The notes beneath the pieces were generated by a model, which was not told the DNA's origin, did no database searches, and saw nothing but the letters and a program-made list of their open reading frames with translations. The translations under genes were made by a program, and so were the position numbers. DNA of 64,000 nucleotides, taken from positions 70,308,001 to 70,372,000 of the forward strand of contig CM060731.1 in the NCBI GenBank assembly GCA_030704615.1, given 5' to 3'. Source of the DNA: Takakia lepidozioides. Taxonomy: Eukaryota > Plantae > Bryophyta. This document shows positions 63,071 through 64,000 of this stretch, one piece after another; positions within the stretch are counted from its first letter, which is position 1, and each line of letters opens with the position of its first letter.

Positions 63071-63586
63071 ATCAGGATTAGATCTTGCTTGGGCGGGCTT
63101 CTATTCTTCCCCTCCATCTCTGTACTATTTTCATTACCTTGTACTTGTAGTAGTTGCCAAAGCCTCTCTTGGTGGAGGCCAGTCAGTCCGGGGTTTTGGG
63201 CTGGGATATTCTGCAGGATCAGCGTTGCTGCTGGATTTTGGTGTGGGGGTGTTGATGCTTTGATTTCTTGTGTTTGGATCCCCCCCAACACCTGCATGCT
63301 TGACTGTGCGCCATGTTGGTTTTGTGTGGGCGCTTGCTTTCATAGGGATTAGGCCGGATTTGATCACCGGTCAATCCTAGAGTATGCTGTCGGTGGTGAG
63401 GCTGGAGTGATGACCAGCAAGACCACCAGTGTTTCTTCTATGGTGAGGCTGGGTTGATGACCAGCCAACCATAGGAGTTCTTGCGGTGGATGCAGGTGCA
63501 GGTGCCCTGAGCCATTGGGATATGACCCTTAAACTGCAACAGGTGCCCACCCGTGTCACTATTAGATTAGTACTAGAGCCTTATAG

Positions 63587-64000
63587 TGTCACGTGGAGGA
63601 GGTGCACATTGTGAGTGTCATTACGGAGTTACCCAAGGGTTTTGAGGGGAGTACGGCTACAGGCAGTAACAGTGAGAGTGGGTTCACAAGACGAGGTATT
63701 CGGTTCAGACCACCTTCACCGCCACCCTCAATTACTGTAGAGTCAGACACAGACTCGGAGGCTTCATCAACAGGTGTGCACTTTCATTCGCCATTGTTGT
63801 GGGACGACATGGAGGAGATGTATGGAGCTACCAAGGGGCCTCGTAGGTACTCTGGAGCTGTGGGCACAATCGAGTTGGATGACTTTATCCAGGAGTTCGA
63901 CAGCTGGTGTGATTTGCAGCAGATGCGCAATCCACAGCTATTCACCCCATTCATGGCGTGGAAGGGACTGTTCCAGCATTTGGAAGGCCCGCCTATGGAC
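63587..64000 (+). mobile_element. Ty3/Gypsy-type gag N-terminus (runs off the window)
   Basis: Frame open to the window end: RYSGAVGTIELDDFIQEFDSWC...LFQHLEGP, matching the gag capsid pattern (Y/F)SG...LDDF..EF...HLxG. Confidence 0.65.

Overview
Eukaryotic nuclear DNA from a non-seed land plant, probably a bryophyte. The evidence is GT-AG multi-exon genes, a cytochrome-b5-fused delta-5-type desaturase and abundant PLS/DYW PPR sequence. Intact host genes: an orphan putative membrane protein (3.2-5.6 kb), a 13-exon front-end fatty-acid desaturase (8.2-15.1 kb), U1 snRNP protein C (42.2-44.6 kb) and a 15-exon plastid-type alpha-amylase (46.8-54.2 kb). A four-copy LEA_1 (group 4 LEA) array lies at 16.4-40.8 kb and is heavily invaded by transposons: MITEs, a Copia element whose two LTRs now face opposite ways (an inversion), LINE pieces, a chromovirus remnant, two oppositely oriented mosaics of PPR/DYW fragments, and an intronless ORF pair resembling a phage/viral single-stranded-DNA-binding protein. 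The right end holds a head-to-tail Helitron dimer inserted in an older ORF, captured MAD1 and RPS18 fragments, and the start of a Gypsy gag. Exon coordinates and family calls were read by eye from motifs; no searches were run.
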